Source: the human T2T-CHM13v2.0 reference genome, Homo sapiens
Assembly: GCF_009914755.1 (NCBI RefSeq)
Contig: NC_060931.1
Reading direction: 5' to 3' (one strand)
DNA: 64,000 bases
Shown: one piece after another, positions 14,801-29,600 of the stretch
Numbering within the stretch: the first letter of the stretch is position 1
How the letters are laid out: each line of letters starts with the position of its first letter
Translations under genes and position numbers: made by a program
Notes under the pieces: model-generated
The model's input: the letters and a program-made list of their open reading frames with translations, nothing else
Database searches by the model: none
What the model was told of the DNA's origin: nothing

Positions 14801-15819
14801 AATGGAATGGGATGGAGAATCCGGAAACAAATCCATACATTTATGTTGAACTCATTTTCAATAAAGGTGCCAAGAGCATACATTGGGGAAAGGATAGCCT
14901 CTTCAATAAATGGTGCTGAGAAAACTGTATATCCCTATGCAGAAGAATGAAACTAGACCCTATCTCTCACCATATACAAAAACCAAATCAAAATGGATTA
15001 AACACTTAAATCTAAGACCTCAAACTATGAAACTACTATAAGAAAACACGAGGGAAACTCTCTAGGACATTGAACTGGGCAAAGGTTTCTTGAGTAACAT
15101 CCCACAGACACGAACCACTAAAGCAAAAATGGACAAATGGAATCATATCAAGTTAAAGACTTCTGCACAGCAATGAAACAACAAAATGAAGAGACAACTC
15201 ACAGAATGGGATAAAATATTTTTACACTACCCATGTGACAAGAGATTAATAACCAGAATATAAAAGGGGCTCAAACAACTGTAGGGAAAAAAATCTAATA
15301 ATCCTGTTAAAAATGGGCAAAAGATCTAAATAGACATTTCTCAAAAGACGACATACAAATGTCAGACAGGCATATGAAAATGTGCTCAACATCATTGATC
15401 ATCAGGGAAATGCAAATCAAAACTACAATGAGTTATCACCTCACCCTGGTTAAAATGGCTTTTATCCAAAAGACAGGCAATAAAAACTGCTGATAAGAAT
15501 GTGGAAAAAAAGGGAATGCCTGTACACTGTTGGTGGGAATGTAATGCAAATTACTACACTATGAAGAACAGTTTGGAGATTCCTCAAAAAACTAAAAATA
15601 GAGCTACCATACTATCCAGCATTCCAACTGCTGGATATGTACCCAAAAGAAAGGAAATCAGTATACTGAGGAGCTATCTGCACTCCTACATTTATTGCAG
15701 CACTAGTCACAATAGTCAAAATTTGGAAACAACCTAATCCTCAATAGATGAATAAAGAAAATGTGGTAAATATACACGATAGAGTACTATTTAGTCATTA
15801 AAAAAAGAGTAAGATCCTG

Positions 15820-16156
<337 letters not shown>

Positions 16157-18259
16157 TCATTATGTTAAACAAAATAAACTAGGCACAGAAAGATAAACTT
16201 CACATGTTCTTATTTATTTCTTGAACTAAAAATTAAAACAATTGACCTCATGGAGATAGAAAGTAGAGGGATGGTTACCAGAGGCTGGGAAGGGTAGTGG
16301 GAGAGTGGTAGGGGGATGCGAGGATAGTTAATGGGTCCAATAAAAATAGAAAGAATGAATAAGATCTAGTATTTTATAACATAACTTTAGGATACCTAAA
16401 GAATGAATAAAATCTAGTATGTGATAGCATAACTTTAGGACACCTAAAGCCAATAATAATTGTACATTTTTAAAATAACTAAAACTGTATAATTGGATTG
16501 CTTGTAACACAAGGGATAAATGCCTGAGGTGATGGATACCTCATTTTACATGATGTGATTATTATACATTGTATGCCTGTATCAAAACATCTCATGAGAT
16601 GTATTTTCCCATTAAAAATTCCTCATTAAAAAATGTCATATATCCCATAAATGTATGTATATATATTTACGTAAATATATGTATATATATATTCAGTGTA
16701 ATTCTGAAACATTTTAATTATGAAGATTTATCATGGTCATGACATTGCTTTAATATACTGGTTTCATATAATTTATTTAATTTGGAATTCCTAATAAAGA
16801 ACCAAACTTCTCATTACTGTATGTGCATAGAAAAATGTAATCTGCTTTACCAAAATTCCCTTTACAATATGATGAAGAATAAAAGTGGGATATGCCTTTA
16901 TGGTAACACCCTCCTCAATCCCCAAATAGCCAGGAAAGCACAACGCAGCATGGTCTCTGGAAAACAGCCGGGACCGCGGCCCAGAACTCAGGGGAGGGAG
17001 CTGACAGGTGTGCGCGCTCCAGAGTCCACTCACTTCCAGACATTCAGCCAGGAGAAAGCCTTCAGAGATCATCTAGTCCAACTATCTCACCTACAGCTGG
17101 GGAAACTGAACCCAAGGGCAGAAACGGCTTACCAAGTCGACCTAAGTTATTGACCAGGAATAAACTTACCAGACCCTAGGAAATTAGAAGCAACAAGCTA
17201 GTGGCAGAGGTGGGGTGGGCTGTGGCTTTTATACTTATGGTAGTGACAAATGGCAGCTGACCACGGAAGACAAGGCAGACAAATGAAAAGCGTATTACAG
17301 AATAATAATGAAAGCTTATTAAACACAAAAATGAAAGAGCTTATCCGAGTCACTATGAAAAAGACTCAATAAATTTGTTATTCTCCATTTAAAAAAAAAA
17401 AAGTATGTGACATATCTTAGAATAGTTTCCATCAAGAATGCTAAGATCTGCACAGAGACTGCATTCAAAGGGGTCAGCTCCAGGTATCCGGAAGGTTAAT
17501 TTCTGTGGAATGCCTTCCTGCCCAGCACAGGCTTGTTTTTTCAAGGACAAAGTTTGTTTTTGATATGTGCACACATTTCATAGACAATAAAGCTAATATT
17601 CTGATTTTTGAGGCCTAAAATAACTTGTCTGCAGATGACAACTTATCTAAATGACCTGAAATAAAAGTGACTGAAAATAAGCCCTCGGGAATGTACAGTC
17701 CTTAAGCATCACGAACTGCCACTCCCAAGGCCACGCATGTATCAACAACGCCTTATCAATCCCAATGATGTTATGGGGAGTCCAGAGACAGGCAGACAAC
17801 GTGGATAAGAATTTATTACTCCAGCATGACGTAACAAGAATGTTAGCTTTACTGAGCTCCATGCCAAGAGCAGAAGTCTTCCCTTCCCGCCCCTGTCCTC
17901 CCCTCCCCTATAGTTCACCCTGTCCTCCTAGCCGCCTAACAAGGGTGAGGTGATTCTGTGATAAAACTCCTCTTTGGGTTCTAGTCCTTGTATTTATTCT
18001 TTATCATGCTTCTGGTGGCACCACTCCCCAGGGCATCCCTTCCCCCATCACCACTACAAGTAATAGGACTCCCGAGTCCAAGTGATCTCATCCCTGTGTC
18101 CAGGCACCTCCAGGAGAGCAGGCCTCGCTATGCACATGTGCCTGCTCAGGATAGTTTCTATTCCATGATTCACCCACCAAGTATCCTCCCTAGGGACGCG
18201 GGTTCATGCCTCGGCCTTAACATTCTGTGCTATCATTTTAAGACTTTTACATGATTTAG

Positions 18260-18450
18260 AGGAAAGAACAGGAGCTTTGGAGCCAGAAAATCCTGAGTTG
18301 AATCCCAGCACCAGCATCCAAATTGAGCTCTGTGTCTGGGAATAAGTTATTTCTCCTTCCTGAGCCTTGGTGCCATTAAGTGTAAAAGGAGATGGCTGTG
18401 CAGAGTTAAGGAGAGGCTACATATAAAGTGCCTGGCACACAGTAGGTGCT
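18260..18450 (+). mobile_element. MIR
   Basis: ggagctttggagccaga...cctgagttgaatcccagc...ctgagcct...aaagtgcctggcacacagtaggtgctc. Confidence 0.75.
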
Positions 18451-18782
18451 CTGCGGATGCTCCTTTCCTTTCCCTCCCCCACTCCCTCTTCCTCCACTCA
18501 GAACTGTTGGCTCTGGCTTCTTTCTCTCCGGAATGTTTTCTCCCATCTCTTCTCAGTGAGCCTCCTCATATGCTTCCTTTTAGCAAGAGCTTTTACACCT
18601 GAATCATGGTGTTTAAAAACCTATATCGAGAAATGTGATTATAGGACATTGCCAAACTGTGCTTCTTGAAATAGAAATAACGAGACTGCAAAGCGCATCT
18701 AAGCTAGAGAGGGTTGGGTGAGACTGAGGGAGCAGAGAAGACGCTCTGGACACCCCCCGCCTCCCTTTTCCCCTTCCCCAGT

Positions 18783-18870
18783 GCCACCAGATTTAGCAAA
18801 TGAAAATGTAAGACACCCAGTTAAATTTTCATTTCAGATAAATATCAAATACATTTCTAGTGTGTCCCAA
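18783..18870 (+). mobile_element. MER53 DNA transposon fragment
   Basis: ccagatttagcaaatgaaaatgtaagacacccagttaaattttcatttcagataaa. Confidence 0.7.
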
Positions 18871-19449
18871 CAATTGCAGTTGAGAAGGAAAATGGGACTC
18901 TAGCAAAGATAAGCTGTAGAGAAAGGAAAATAAAGATCATGACTGCCAGAGACAGAGGCAGCTGTCCCTTCTACCTGGTGCTACCAGAGAGAACTTCAAA
19001 TCATCTGACCAAAAGGGAACCCCTGGTGGAGTCACAGCTTTGTGTGGTCTTGGAGTCCTAGAAAGTGCCCGTAGGCAGTAAACGCACAGCCATGGTCCTT
19101 CAGTTCCAGTAAGCATGGGCAGTTACTGAAGAGGGGCTTGGGACTTGAAGACGGCAGCTGCCCAGGCACCCTCAATGTCTGTACAAAATCCACCCACCTA
19201 ATGCTATGTGAGTTTTATCGTATTTTTTATTAATTTTTAAACATAATTTTGTGGAATGAGCACTTATTTAATATTCCATATAATCTTTAAAATGTTGCAA
19301 AAGATGAAATAAGCCAGCCATACTTAAATACAAGTGAATTTTCTCTTAATTTATTTGGATTTGAATTTTTGCTTTAAAAGACTAAAGGGCAACAAAATTA
19401 CACAGGAAAATGCACATGTTACTGTACAAACTGAAATATCATCCCCGCT

Positions 19450-20042
19450 GAATTACTGCAATAACTTCTCAACTGAACTCCCTGCTGCTGCCCATCCAGT
19501 CTCTTAACTCAGCAGCCAGAATGATCCTTCTAAAAAATACATCAGATTACGCCCCTTCCCTGCCCAAAACCCTCCACTGGCTCTCAGTAAGTGTGAGCCT
19601 TTCCAGTGGCCTTCAAGGTCCTGTGGGACTTGGCGCCCCACCCCTTTCAGCCCCTCCGACTCTCCTTTCCTGCCCTCCCCTTGCTCACTGGGCACAGGCC
19701 ACTCTGGCCACTGCCCACAGCGTCCTGCCCAGATGCCCCTGTGCCTTCCCTGCCCTCCTGCAGAGCTTTGCCCTAATGCCAGCTTCTCCATAACACCTTC
19801 TCTGGCCACACTTTCTAAGTTCGTAGCCCCCATTCCTAGCACATCCTAGCCCCTCTCACTGCTGCCGATTCCCATCAACCTACTGCACATTTTACTTTAG
19901 TTGTACGTTTGGTATCTCTCCTCACTAGAATGCAAGGCAGACATTTGGGCATTTTGCTCTCTGCAGCCTCCCCAGAATGTAGAACAGTACATGGCACATA
20001 GGACGCACTCAATACAATTATTTTTTGAATGTTGAATAAATA
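19450..20042 (+). mobile_element. L2 3' fragment
   Basis: cagcagccagaatgatccttctaaaa...ggcacataggacgcactcaatacaattattttttgaatgttgaat. Confidence 0.75.
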
Positions 20043-20568
20043 TGAGGTAAGAATAATGATGAGCTATAGTGTGGTAAGATGTATTTACCGAAAGCCAAAC
20101 AATGAATAAATGTGGGGTTTTCTTCAAGACTTCAAAGACTGAAAAGAGCTCTTATTTTTGAACTTTTTTACGCGCCTCTCACTTGCTTTCTTCTTTTTTT
20201 CATCAGAAAATTATAGAGCCAGAGGGGGGTCATGACTTCCTGGCTTCTAAAGTTAATATTCAAAAATGCAGGACAGAGCATTTTTACCGTTCGCATTTTA
20301 TAAATCATGTGATTGAAGGAAGTACATATTTGCCTGAAGTAACATCCTTTGAAAGTGCTTCCCAAGTCTCCCCCCACTCAGGCTAAGAACAGTCAAGCAA
20401 TTCCAGACTAAAGAATGTGCTCCTCATGAAATTTCAACACAAGCGCATTCAATACATGTTTATTGATCGGCAGAGATCAAATCTGTCGCCCTTTTAACAA
20501 AGGTCCAACTGAATGACCTTTAAATGTGAGATGTGTCAAAATCCAAAATGCCAAACAAGTCTCCTTAC

Positions 20569-20761
20569 CTCTCGGCAGAGTCTCTGATGAGCTGCTGCAA
20601 ATCCACCTCCTGCTTCCTCAGGGTTCCAAATGAAGACTGGCTCTCTACGCGGCTGCTGCCCCCCAGGTTCAGCTTGACCTTCCCCAGTGCAGTCTCCAGG
20701 GTTCCACTCACGTGGTTTGCAAACTTGCCCTCGTATTTCACAAAGTCCGACTCCACGACCA
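20569..20761 (-). CDS. GSDME: Gasdermin E, second coding exon (exon 3, 193 nt), residues 71-135
   Basis: A phase-1 join G|TG continues the frame as [65 protein letters not shown]. Acceptor ctcgtctcctccattccag|T; donor GAGAG|gtaagg. Confidence 0.98.
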
Positions 20762-20923
20762 CTGGAATGGAGGAGACGAGCAGAGGAAGCCGATGATGAT
20801 AAGGCCACCAAGATGTCTTGGGTCATTTAGCTTTCCAAGCCTGTGCAGAGCCCCGGAAAGCAGAAGGCTGGCACTCAGATGGAAAGCCGGCAGCCATGCT
20901 GTGTGTGTGGGCAAGAAAACAGG

Positions 20924-20926
20924 GCA

Positions 20927-20962
<36 letters not shown>

Positions 20963-20989
20963 ACCGCGGGCACACAGTGGACCAGTGCA

Positions 20990-21043
<54 letters not shown>

Positions 21044-21067
21044 ACCACGGGCACACAGTGGACCAGT
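20924..21067. repeat. Two-copy tandem duplication, each copy containing a (GT)n microsatellite
   Basis: gcagcac(gt)15ggaccgcgggcacacagtggaccagt followed by gcagcac(gt)24ggaccacgggcacacagtggaccagt. Confidence 0.97.
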
Positions 21068-21634
21068 GACCAGGGCTCCACTAGAAGCTTTTCTCTTTCA
21101 TTGGTTTTCAATCCCAATACGTATAGAAAGGTGCACAGAAAGGACTAATGAATAAAGTTAGCGCCTGTTTAACCACTATCCAGGTGGATCAATAGACCAT
21201 TTTAAATGTGTACTTTTCCAGGGTGAAGACTGAAAGGGACTAGACAAAGAAGACAACTAAACAGAGAGAGAACAGCAGCCCCTATTCTGGATGCACCGCG
21301 AGAGGACAGCCTTCCTTGGCCACCTAGGCCTGTCTGGGGGCATCTTGTCTACCCACCCACCAGTCTTGGAAAACAATCCCCTGGCCCTTATTACCATCTC
21401 CAGTCAAATTATTCCCTTCCCATATTTATGATTCTCTCTCTGACCTCTACCCAGTCATTCAATTCCTCATCATATAATTCCTTATCTCTGACTTCCTGAT
21501 AAGGTCAGTGGACATGCCCTTTTTAAAATGATAAATGTCTGATCTCATATCTGAACTGTCAGCCTTCTCACATCTCCAGGTTTCTACTATTCTCTTTTGT
21601 AATCCAAACAAAAACCACCCTAAAAATAGTCTCT

Positions 21635-21886
21635 GTGTGGTGGCTCACATTTGTAATCCCAGCAATTTAGGAGGCTGAGGCAGGAGGATCCCTTGAGGTC
21701 AGAAGTTCAAGACCAACCTGGGCAACACCAGCTACCCTAGAGGCTGAGGTGAGAGGATCACCTGAACCCAGGAGTATAAGGTTACAAGTGAGCAATGATC
21801 ATGCCACTGCACGCCAGCCTGGGTGACAGAGCAACACCTTATCTCTAAGAAAATATAAAAATAATAACAAATAAAAATAATGATTT
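21635..21886 (+). mobile_element. AluJ with an internal deletion of the middle region
   Basis: The left arm joins directly to ccagctac; 14-bp TSD taaaaatagtctct (21621-21634, 21887-21900). Confidence 0.9.
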
Positions 21887-23677
21887 TAAAAATAGTCTCT
21901 ATCATCACCATTTGGTAAGGAGACATTAAGAGTCCACTAGGAACCTCACACTTGGCCTTTTCCATTGTCCTGACCCAAGGCTCTCCTGGGCTCCCGGCTG
22001 CCCTTCACAGGGGATTCAAACCCACCGGCAGTCTGAAAGGCTTCTTTCCATCCACTCACTGCCCCAACACCCATACTTCACCTACACTTCTTCCACTGCA
22101 ATCAAGAAAACCCACTCCTCAACCAGGGTTAATCAGAAGTAATCACCATTCAATCACCTTTGAAATTTATAAAACAGAGAATCATCTCCTGTACCACCAG
22201 CCCAAAAATAAGAATGGTGTAAAAATTTATCCTATTCATGGACTTTTTTTGTTAATATCTCATGGAAAACAAACATTTTGGGCAATGCCTTGGGAAGAAG
22301 GGCAGAGCAGAGATAAAGAGGTTAGGATTCTATCCCTACTCTAATATTACTAACCGGGAGAATTTGGGTAACATTCATTTCCCTGAACCTCAGACTTTCA
22401 TGAGCAATTTGGAGATAATTAATGATAGCTACCTGACGGGTTCTGCTGCGGGTTTATATATGGAAAGCATGTAAGGTAGAGTCTCACACATAGCAAAGGC
22501 TCAATCTCTCCACTGTGTTTAGGCCACAGAAATATCATTTTCTAATAAACAGGACAGTCCTAGGTTCTACAAAGTACAGCAAAGACAGAAATTTTATCTT
22601 CAGGACACAGGTCTGGTCTTAGGCTTATTACCACTCCTGGAAACCCTGTCCCCAAGACTTGATCCACAGCAGGAAGGAACAGTCAAGATTTGTCTGTGTG
22701 TTCTGAAAAGCCACTCTAGACACACCTCCGAAGAAGATGTCATTTGTGCACACTTCTGCATCAAGCTGTCAACTGCTGTTGGTGGAAGGGAAGAAATGAG
22801 GGGACCAACAGGCCATCACTTGGACTGCCAACACCAGTCACCACCCTACACCCTTCACAGCCCTGGGCAACACATATGCCAGTGAGGCTGCGAGTGGGAA
22901 AAAATAACAAAGGTGAAGCATCCTGACTCTACCCAGTAGACAAAGTAGAAGACGCTTCTCGTCACCGCCCTAACACCAACAGGACACAGAATCCAGGATG
23001 AGCTCTGACCCCAGATGAGCATGCTCGGGGATTCTTCACCTGCAGTGACCGCCACTGGCCTCACCAATCCAGCACAAGTCTTTGTGATCTTTCAGGACAC
23101 CACAAAAGAGGCATTTCACATCACAGAACGGTAAAACTCCAATTACTCAGGAGTTCCTGGTCTATTTTGTCATTTTTTACCCTCTTATTCCTTTTCATAT
23201 TTAGTTATTTCACCGTTCGATAGAAGTTCTGCCAGAAAGCACACAGATTCCTGAAGGGGAGGGTGATGTAAAATTAATATCAATTCATTTGCCTATTGTG
23301 TGACAGCTCTGATGAGCTGACTGGAGACAGCACTGGCTGGAATCGTTTCCTGGAAGAAAGTTTGAAGATTATCTGTAAACTCAAATTATCTCCTCTACCT
23401 CTTTTCCCCTTTAACAGAGACGCAATCACAAAATTAGAGAATTCTAGAGCTGAAAGAGGATTCAGACATCATTTTGTCCAATAATTAAGAGCTGAAGATA
23501 TTTTCATATATCACCACATTCAAAAAAGTAATGTAGCAATGAGTAAGTACCAAGTGTTCAAAAAGTTTCCATCCTCTGCTCCAGTAATTCTCTAAGAATT
23601 TACGCTAAAGCAGTTGCCTAAAAAACTACAACAAAAATGCACATAAAAATGCTCATTGCAGCCTTACTTATTAATCA

Positions 23678-23974
23678 TTTTTTTTTTCTTATTTTGGAGA
23701 CAGGGACTCTGTTGCCCAGGCTGGAATGCAGTGGCACAATCATGGCTGACTTCAGCCTCAACCCCCTGGGTTCAAGCGATCCTCCCACCTCAACCTCTTG
23801 AGTAGCTGGGACTACACGTGTATGCCACCATGCCTGGCTAATTTTTCTATTTTTTTGTAGAGATGGGGTTTGCCACGTTGCCCAGGCTAGCCTCAAACTC
23901 CTGGGCTCAAGCGATCCGCCCACCTCGGCCTCCCAAAGTGCTGGAATTACAGGCATAAGCCACTGCACCCAGCC
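23678..23974 (-). mobile_element. AluJ
   Basis: Reverse-strand dimeric Alu with J-type gggctcaagcgatcc. Confidence 0.95.
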
Positions 23975-24151
23975 CCAACATTATTTATTAAGCACTAAAT
24001 TGTAGTGGTTAAGCAAATTAGGGTACATACACTCAAAGGAATATTATGTGTTTGTTGAAAATTGTATTTAAAAATATTTAAACCTAATTAAATATTTATT
24101 TAAACTTAATGTTAAGTAAAAAAATAAGGAGTGTATAAAAATTATATAGAG

Positions 24152-24182
<31 letters not shown>

Positions 24183-24464
24183 TTGAGATGGAATCTCACT
24201 CTATCACCCAGGCTGGAGTGCAGTGGTGCAATCTTGGCTCACTGCAACTTCTGCTGCCTGGGTTCAAGCGATTCTCCTGCCTCGGCCTCTTAAGTAGCTG
24301 GGATTACAGGTGCCTACCACCTTGCCCGGCTAATTTTTATATTTTTAGTAGAGATGGGGTTTCACCATGTTGGCCAGGCTGGTCTTGAACTCCTGACCTT
24401 GTAATCCACCAGCCTCGGCCTCCCAAAGTGCTGGGATTACAGGCATGAGCCACCACGCCCGGCC
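24152..24464 (-). mobile_element. AluS with (TA)n at its tail
   Basis: Reverse-strand dimeric Alu; (TA)n at 24152-24173. Confidence 0.95.
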
Positions 24465-25226
24465 TACAGTATATTTTCAGTTTCGTTATTAAAAATCAGA
24501 TGCAGAGAAATAAAAGGCTACAAACCAAGTGTCAACGGGAATTAACACATGATGGTAGAATTTTTTATTTTTAAATTTTCTTCTTCATCCCTTTCTATAT
24601 TTTATACCGTACTGTAACAATACATCTGTCTGACCCCATTTTTTATGTCTGACTGCTCTCAGCTTCTGAGACCCCACTCCTCCTTCTCTTTCTTTTGCAC
24701 ATCTGGACAAGCTGATAAGAGATTCCAGGTGCTCTGTCCATGGTGTCAGTGAAAGCTCAAACCACATAAGCCCATCCCCCATGCAGGGACCAATGCCCAT
24801 CTCCATTCACTAATCACAATAAAAGCTGAGCCCATCTCCTTATCCCCTTCTCTGTGGCCATTTTTGGACCAGCTTTAGAGACTGTCCTGCTTTCCCCAGA
24901 AAGCATCATTATGTGAATGACAAAAATTTTCACACCTTCTTGATGGGTATGTGGCATCATCAGTTCAACACCAAACCACATTTGGGGTAGGTGATCCACC
25001 CCACTTATGCTGAGTGGCCACAACATGTACAGTAAGCATGTCTTACTTTTATACTATACCGCAAAATTATTTTTAAAAGGTTAAGCTATAATGTGTCACG
25101 TCAGGCCTGCAGAATTTTGTTCATTTTAAGAAAGGATATGTTTTTAAGATGACAAGCAAAGAAACAGGAGAATTCATTATAAAGTATCTGGACTCAAGGC
25201 AATACTTGCATTAAAGAAGAATCATC

Positions 25227-25543
<317 letters not shown>

Positions 25544-25570
25544 TTATAGAATATACCCAAGGAAACATAC

Positions 25571-25781
25571 CTGGACTCGGAAATTGGTCTTCTATGAGTA
25601 CATCGCCAAGGGTGAGGGATAAAAACTGGTACTTGGGTCTCTGCCAGCACCAGAATCTCTTCTTTTTTGTCACCAGACTTAGAAGCTGTAACTTATCAGA
25701 GTCATTCAGATTTGATACTGCAATCAGGTCACCATCAGCATCAACTTCTCTAAGAAAATTCCTGGTTGCTTTGGCAAACAT
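25571..25781 (-). CDS. GSDME: Gasdermin E, first coding exon (exon 2; whole exon 25571-25800 including 19 nt of 5'UTR), residues 1-70 plus 1 nt
   Basis: The translation MFAKATRNFLREVDADGDLIAVSNLNDSDKLQLLSLVTKKKRFWCWQRPKYQFLSLTLGDVLIEDQFPSP is the recognised N-terminus of human GSDME/DFNA5. Acceptor ctttactttttcag|ATAATC at 25801/25800; donor CCAG|gtatgt at 25571/25570. A at -3 of the ATG and an in-frame TAA 18 nt upstream. Confidence 0.98.
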
Positions 25782-25992
25782 TTTGAAAGCTCCAGATTAT
25801 CTGAAAAAGTAAAGTTATCCTAAAATCAAATAAGAAGTTACTATTTTGTGGCTTTTTTCCCTAAAATTACTGTATTTCTCCCTATTCACAACAGTTCACA
25901 TGAAAGAATATCTTCTTCCTAGAAGACCCTCTAGTTTGACTTTAGCTGATAATAAAGAACTCAAATAGAGATATTGAAAGAACATATATATA

Positions 25993-26624
<632 letters not shown>

Positions 26625-29600
26625 GGCAGAGAGCTGGGAATATTTGTTGAACAACAACCTACTGACTATCATAATAGATAGCTTACTTATGACTACTTAT
26701 TTGAAGGGTCAAAGGTGCTTTTTCTCTACACTGTGTGATTTCTCATATTCAGATAATGAAAAGTAAGTAGCTATGGCTTTTTAACCCAGAAAATAAAGGC
26801 ACAGTCATACTTTAGCAGGAGGAGAAAAGAAGAGATACATTGGAAGATATAAAAAGGAAAATATTACACTCAAGAGAAGCAGTATAGACTATTTAATAAA
26901 TGCTGTTGGAACAATGGGCTAACTATCTGGAAAGAAAAAAACTGAATTCCTCTCCCATACCATAAATAAAGCAAATTCCCAATGAAATCAAGAGGTTTCT
27001 TTGAGGAAAAATGAAACTGTGAAAGTACTAGAAAAAATAGAGAAATATTTGTACAATCGCAGGATGAGAAGGGCCTTTAGAAAGACAAAGGGCAAACTGA
27101 GAAAATAATTGTAATATTTATGAGAGGGAACAAAAATGCTTAACATATTTTTTAAAAACTTTCATAAATCAAGTTTTAAAATACTGTACTCCAAGAGAAA
27201 CATAGGCAATGGTTCTAAACCATTCACAATACACAAATTGCACATAGCCCAATATATATATACACGCATGTATAATAAGTTACCACATACAAAAAGAAGA
27301 AAATAACATTTTTACAAACTATCCATGGTCAAAATGAAAAGCTCTAATGCACAAGAACTGCTTTTTATTTTTGCTTGCACCCTGGCGCTTGGCACAGTTG
27401 CACAGTCACACAGCTCTTAGGATTTAAGAGATGAGAATAAGCTCAGACTTTAGCTCAATCCACCTTAACATGAATCTCTTTCGGGGCATGGGAAATCATT
27501 TGTCTTATCGATCACTGGTTCTTTTGTACAGTATCTTTTCTTAGATTATTATGAAGCAGTAGCTACCTGACCCTGTTCTTGTATATTAACACTAGGAATG
27601 AACATTTAAGGAAAAAATTCTAAAATATGCAAGGAAGTTCCTTTCTGATAAGGTGAACTGCAAAGCAGCATGACTAAGGATGCTCAGGCTGTCATCTGTA
27701 ATTTATCTGTCACTATGCTATGCATAAGAATCTTGCATTCAATGGAATACTCATTTATTTATTTACCAAATCATCAACTGAATCATTCACTAATTTTTCT
27801 TGAGTACCTACTATACTACTGTGTTGAAGCACTTAGGATACAGAAACAAAAAATAATTTCTCTCCTCAATGAGCTACTAGTTTGGTGGCCAGATGGAGAA
27901 ATAAACAGCTTAGTTTTATGTTAGCTACTGGCAGAGATTGTTCCAGGGAAAGAACCAAGAAAAAGGCATCTAAATCTCATTGGAGAGAGGCATACTGTCA
28001 CAGAAGTCCTCCTGAAGTCGATGACATCCAAGCTGCATTGTGTAGGCTAAGTAGAAGTAAGCCAGGCAAAGGAGCACTATATGGATGCTGTAGCTGAGGA
28101 GCAGCCATTATGAAAGCACAAAATTTGCAGGAGGTGATGGAGGGATGGGGAAGACAGTGCCAAGCAAATGGGTTACCAGTGAGCTTGAGATGGCCCAGGA
28201 GACATTGTGTTGTATTGATCTGCCATCCACCACTTTGACAGACTGGAAAGACTGGTCAAGCTCTGAGCTTGACTCTTGCACTGGAATGCAGCATTCCAGA
28301 GTGGAGAAGGGCCAGAGACAAAGCTGGGGAGGCCCCCAATCCATGTCCTGCCTCTCCTGCAGGGCAGCCAGGGAAGCAGGTGCCACTGGAGGATCTGTGA
28401 TCAGAATGATCCCTTAGAAAAATCTTCTAGAAGCAAAATAGCAAAGGGACTGCAGGGGAACAAGATTAGAGATGGACAAAGATGACAACGCTCTGGACTA
28501 TGTCAGTGGCATAAGGATAGAAAAGACACTCGCTTGGTGAAGGGTGGTGATGAAAGAAAGAAGGCTCCCTGGGGTGTCATGCTGGTATCCCAGGTGCAGG
28601 CTGGGAGATGAGAAGGAAAAGCCAGTTACCAAGAGAGGGAATTTGAAAGGAACAGATTTACTTTGCCAAACATGGGACTGGGTCTCCCTGAGGGCCTGTG
28701 AGAACTCGTCCTGCTAGTCCAGGAAAAGAGCCACAGAACAACTGCTTTAGTTTACCACTGCTGTCAGGATCTCCACTGTTATGGCTTCTAATTCTTTTCT
28801 GGGACAAGCTGAAAGGGAGTTCACTCACGCACTTGCCTTCAGATCACACAGGTTTCTGTAGAAACCAAATCAGGCTTGCCATTAAAAAACAAAATAAAAC
28901 CCATCTGCTGTGGGTGGGAAAACCTTAGTAAAGACACCAATCCTCCCCCACAGGGATTAGACGGTAAAAAAGAGGAAATTCCTAAATTAATTTTTCATGT
29001 TTTTTTTTTTTCCATCTAACATCAAACAGCTAATTTGCCTTCTTGGCAGGGTAGGGTGCTTTAAGGAGAGTAACTGGAGGTGGCTATTTATTGCTTTGTT
29101 TATTAGACTCAGACTTTTTAATCATGGGACTCAGAATATTCTCCTGGTGAAGTTAAAGTTGGAGGTTTCTTTATTACTATTACATGTGAATTATACTTAC
29201 ACGGTTCAAAAATCTAAATGATGTAAAGGATACACATTGAGAAATCCCATTCCTGCCCAGGCCCCAGCAACCCTTTCACTCCTCTCCCCTTCAGCCATAT
29301 TTCCTTCATATTTCTTTATAGAGGTGTAGTTAAAAGGAGTCTGAACACTGCTCAGCATCTTGCTTTCTGCCACATACTCCCTTATGCAGATGTATCATTG
29401 CGCATTTTACTTGTCCCATGTTGCTGACCACTTGGGTTATTTCTAAATTTGTGTTATATTAAAGCTGTCCCCAGGAAATACCCCATACGGATGTCCTCTT
29501 CATAAACAAACAAATGTATCTGAAGGGTAGATCCCTAGAAAAGAGATTGCTAGAACAATGGGTAAATGCATCTGTAATTGTAGGAGTTGTGCTATTCTGC

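Noticed and set aside
12265-15737. Endonuclease- and RT-like ORF fragments as a novel retroelement or domesticated gene
   Set aside because: These are frameshifted pieces of ordinary L1 ORF2 with a mutated catalytic motif.
20712-21155. CVCV/HTHT-repeat ORFs, or a CRISPR-like repeat-spacer array
   Set aside because: These are translations of (GT)n. There are only two units, the spacers are microsatellite, the context is eukaryotic and there are no cas genes.
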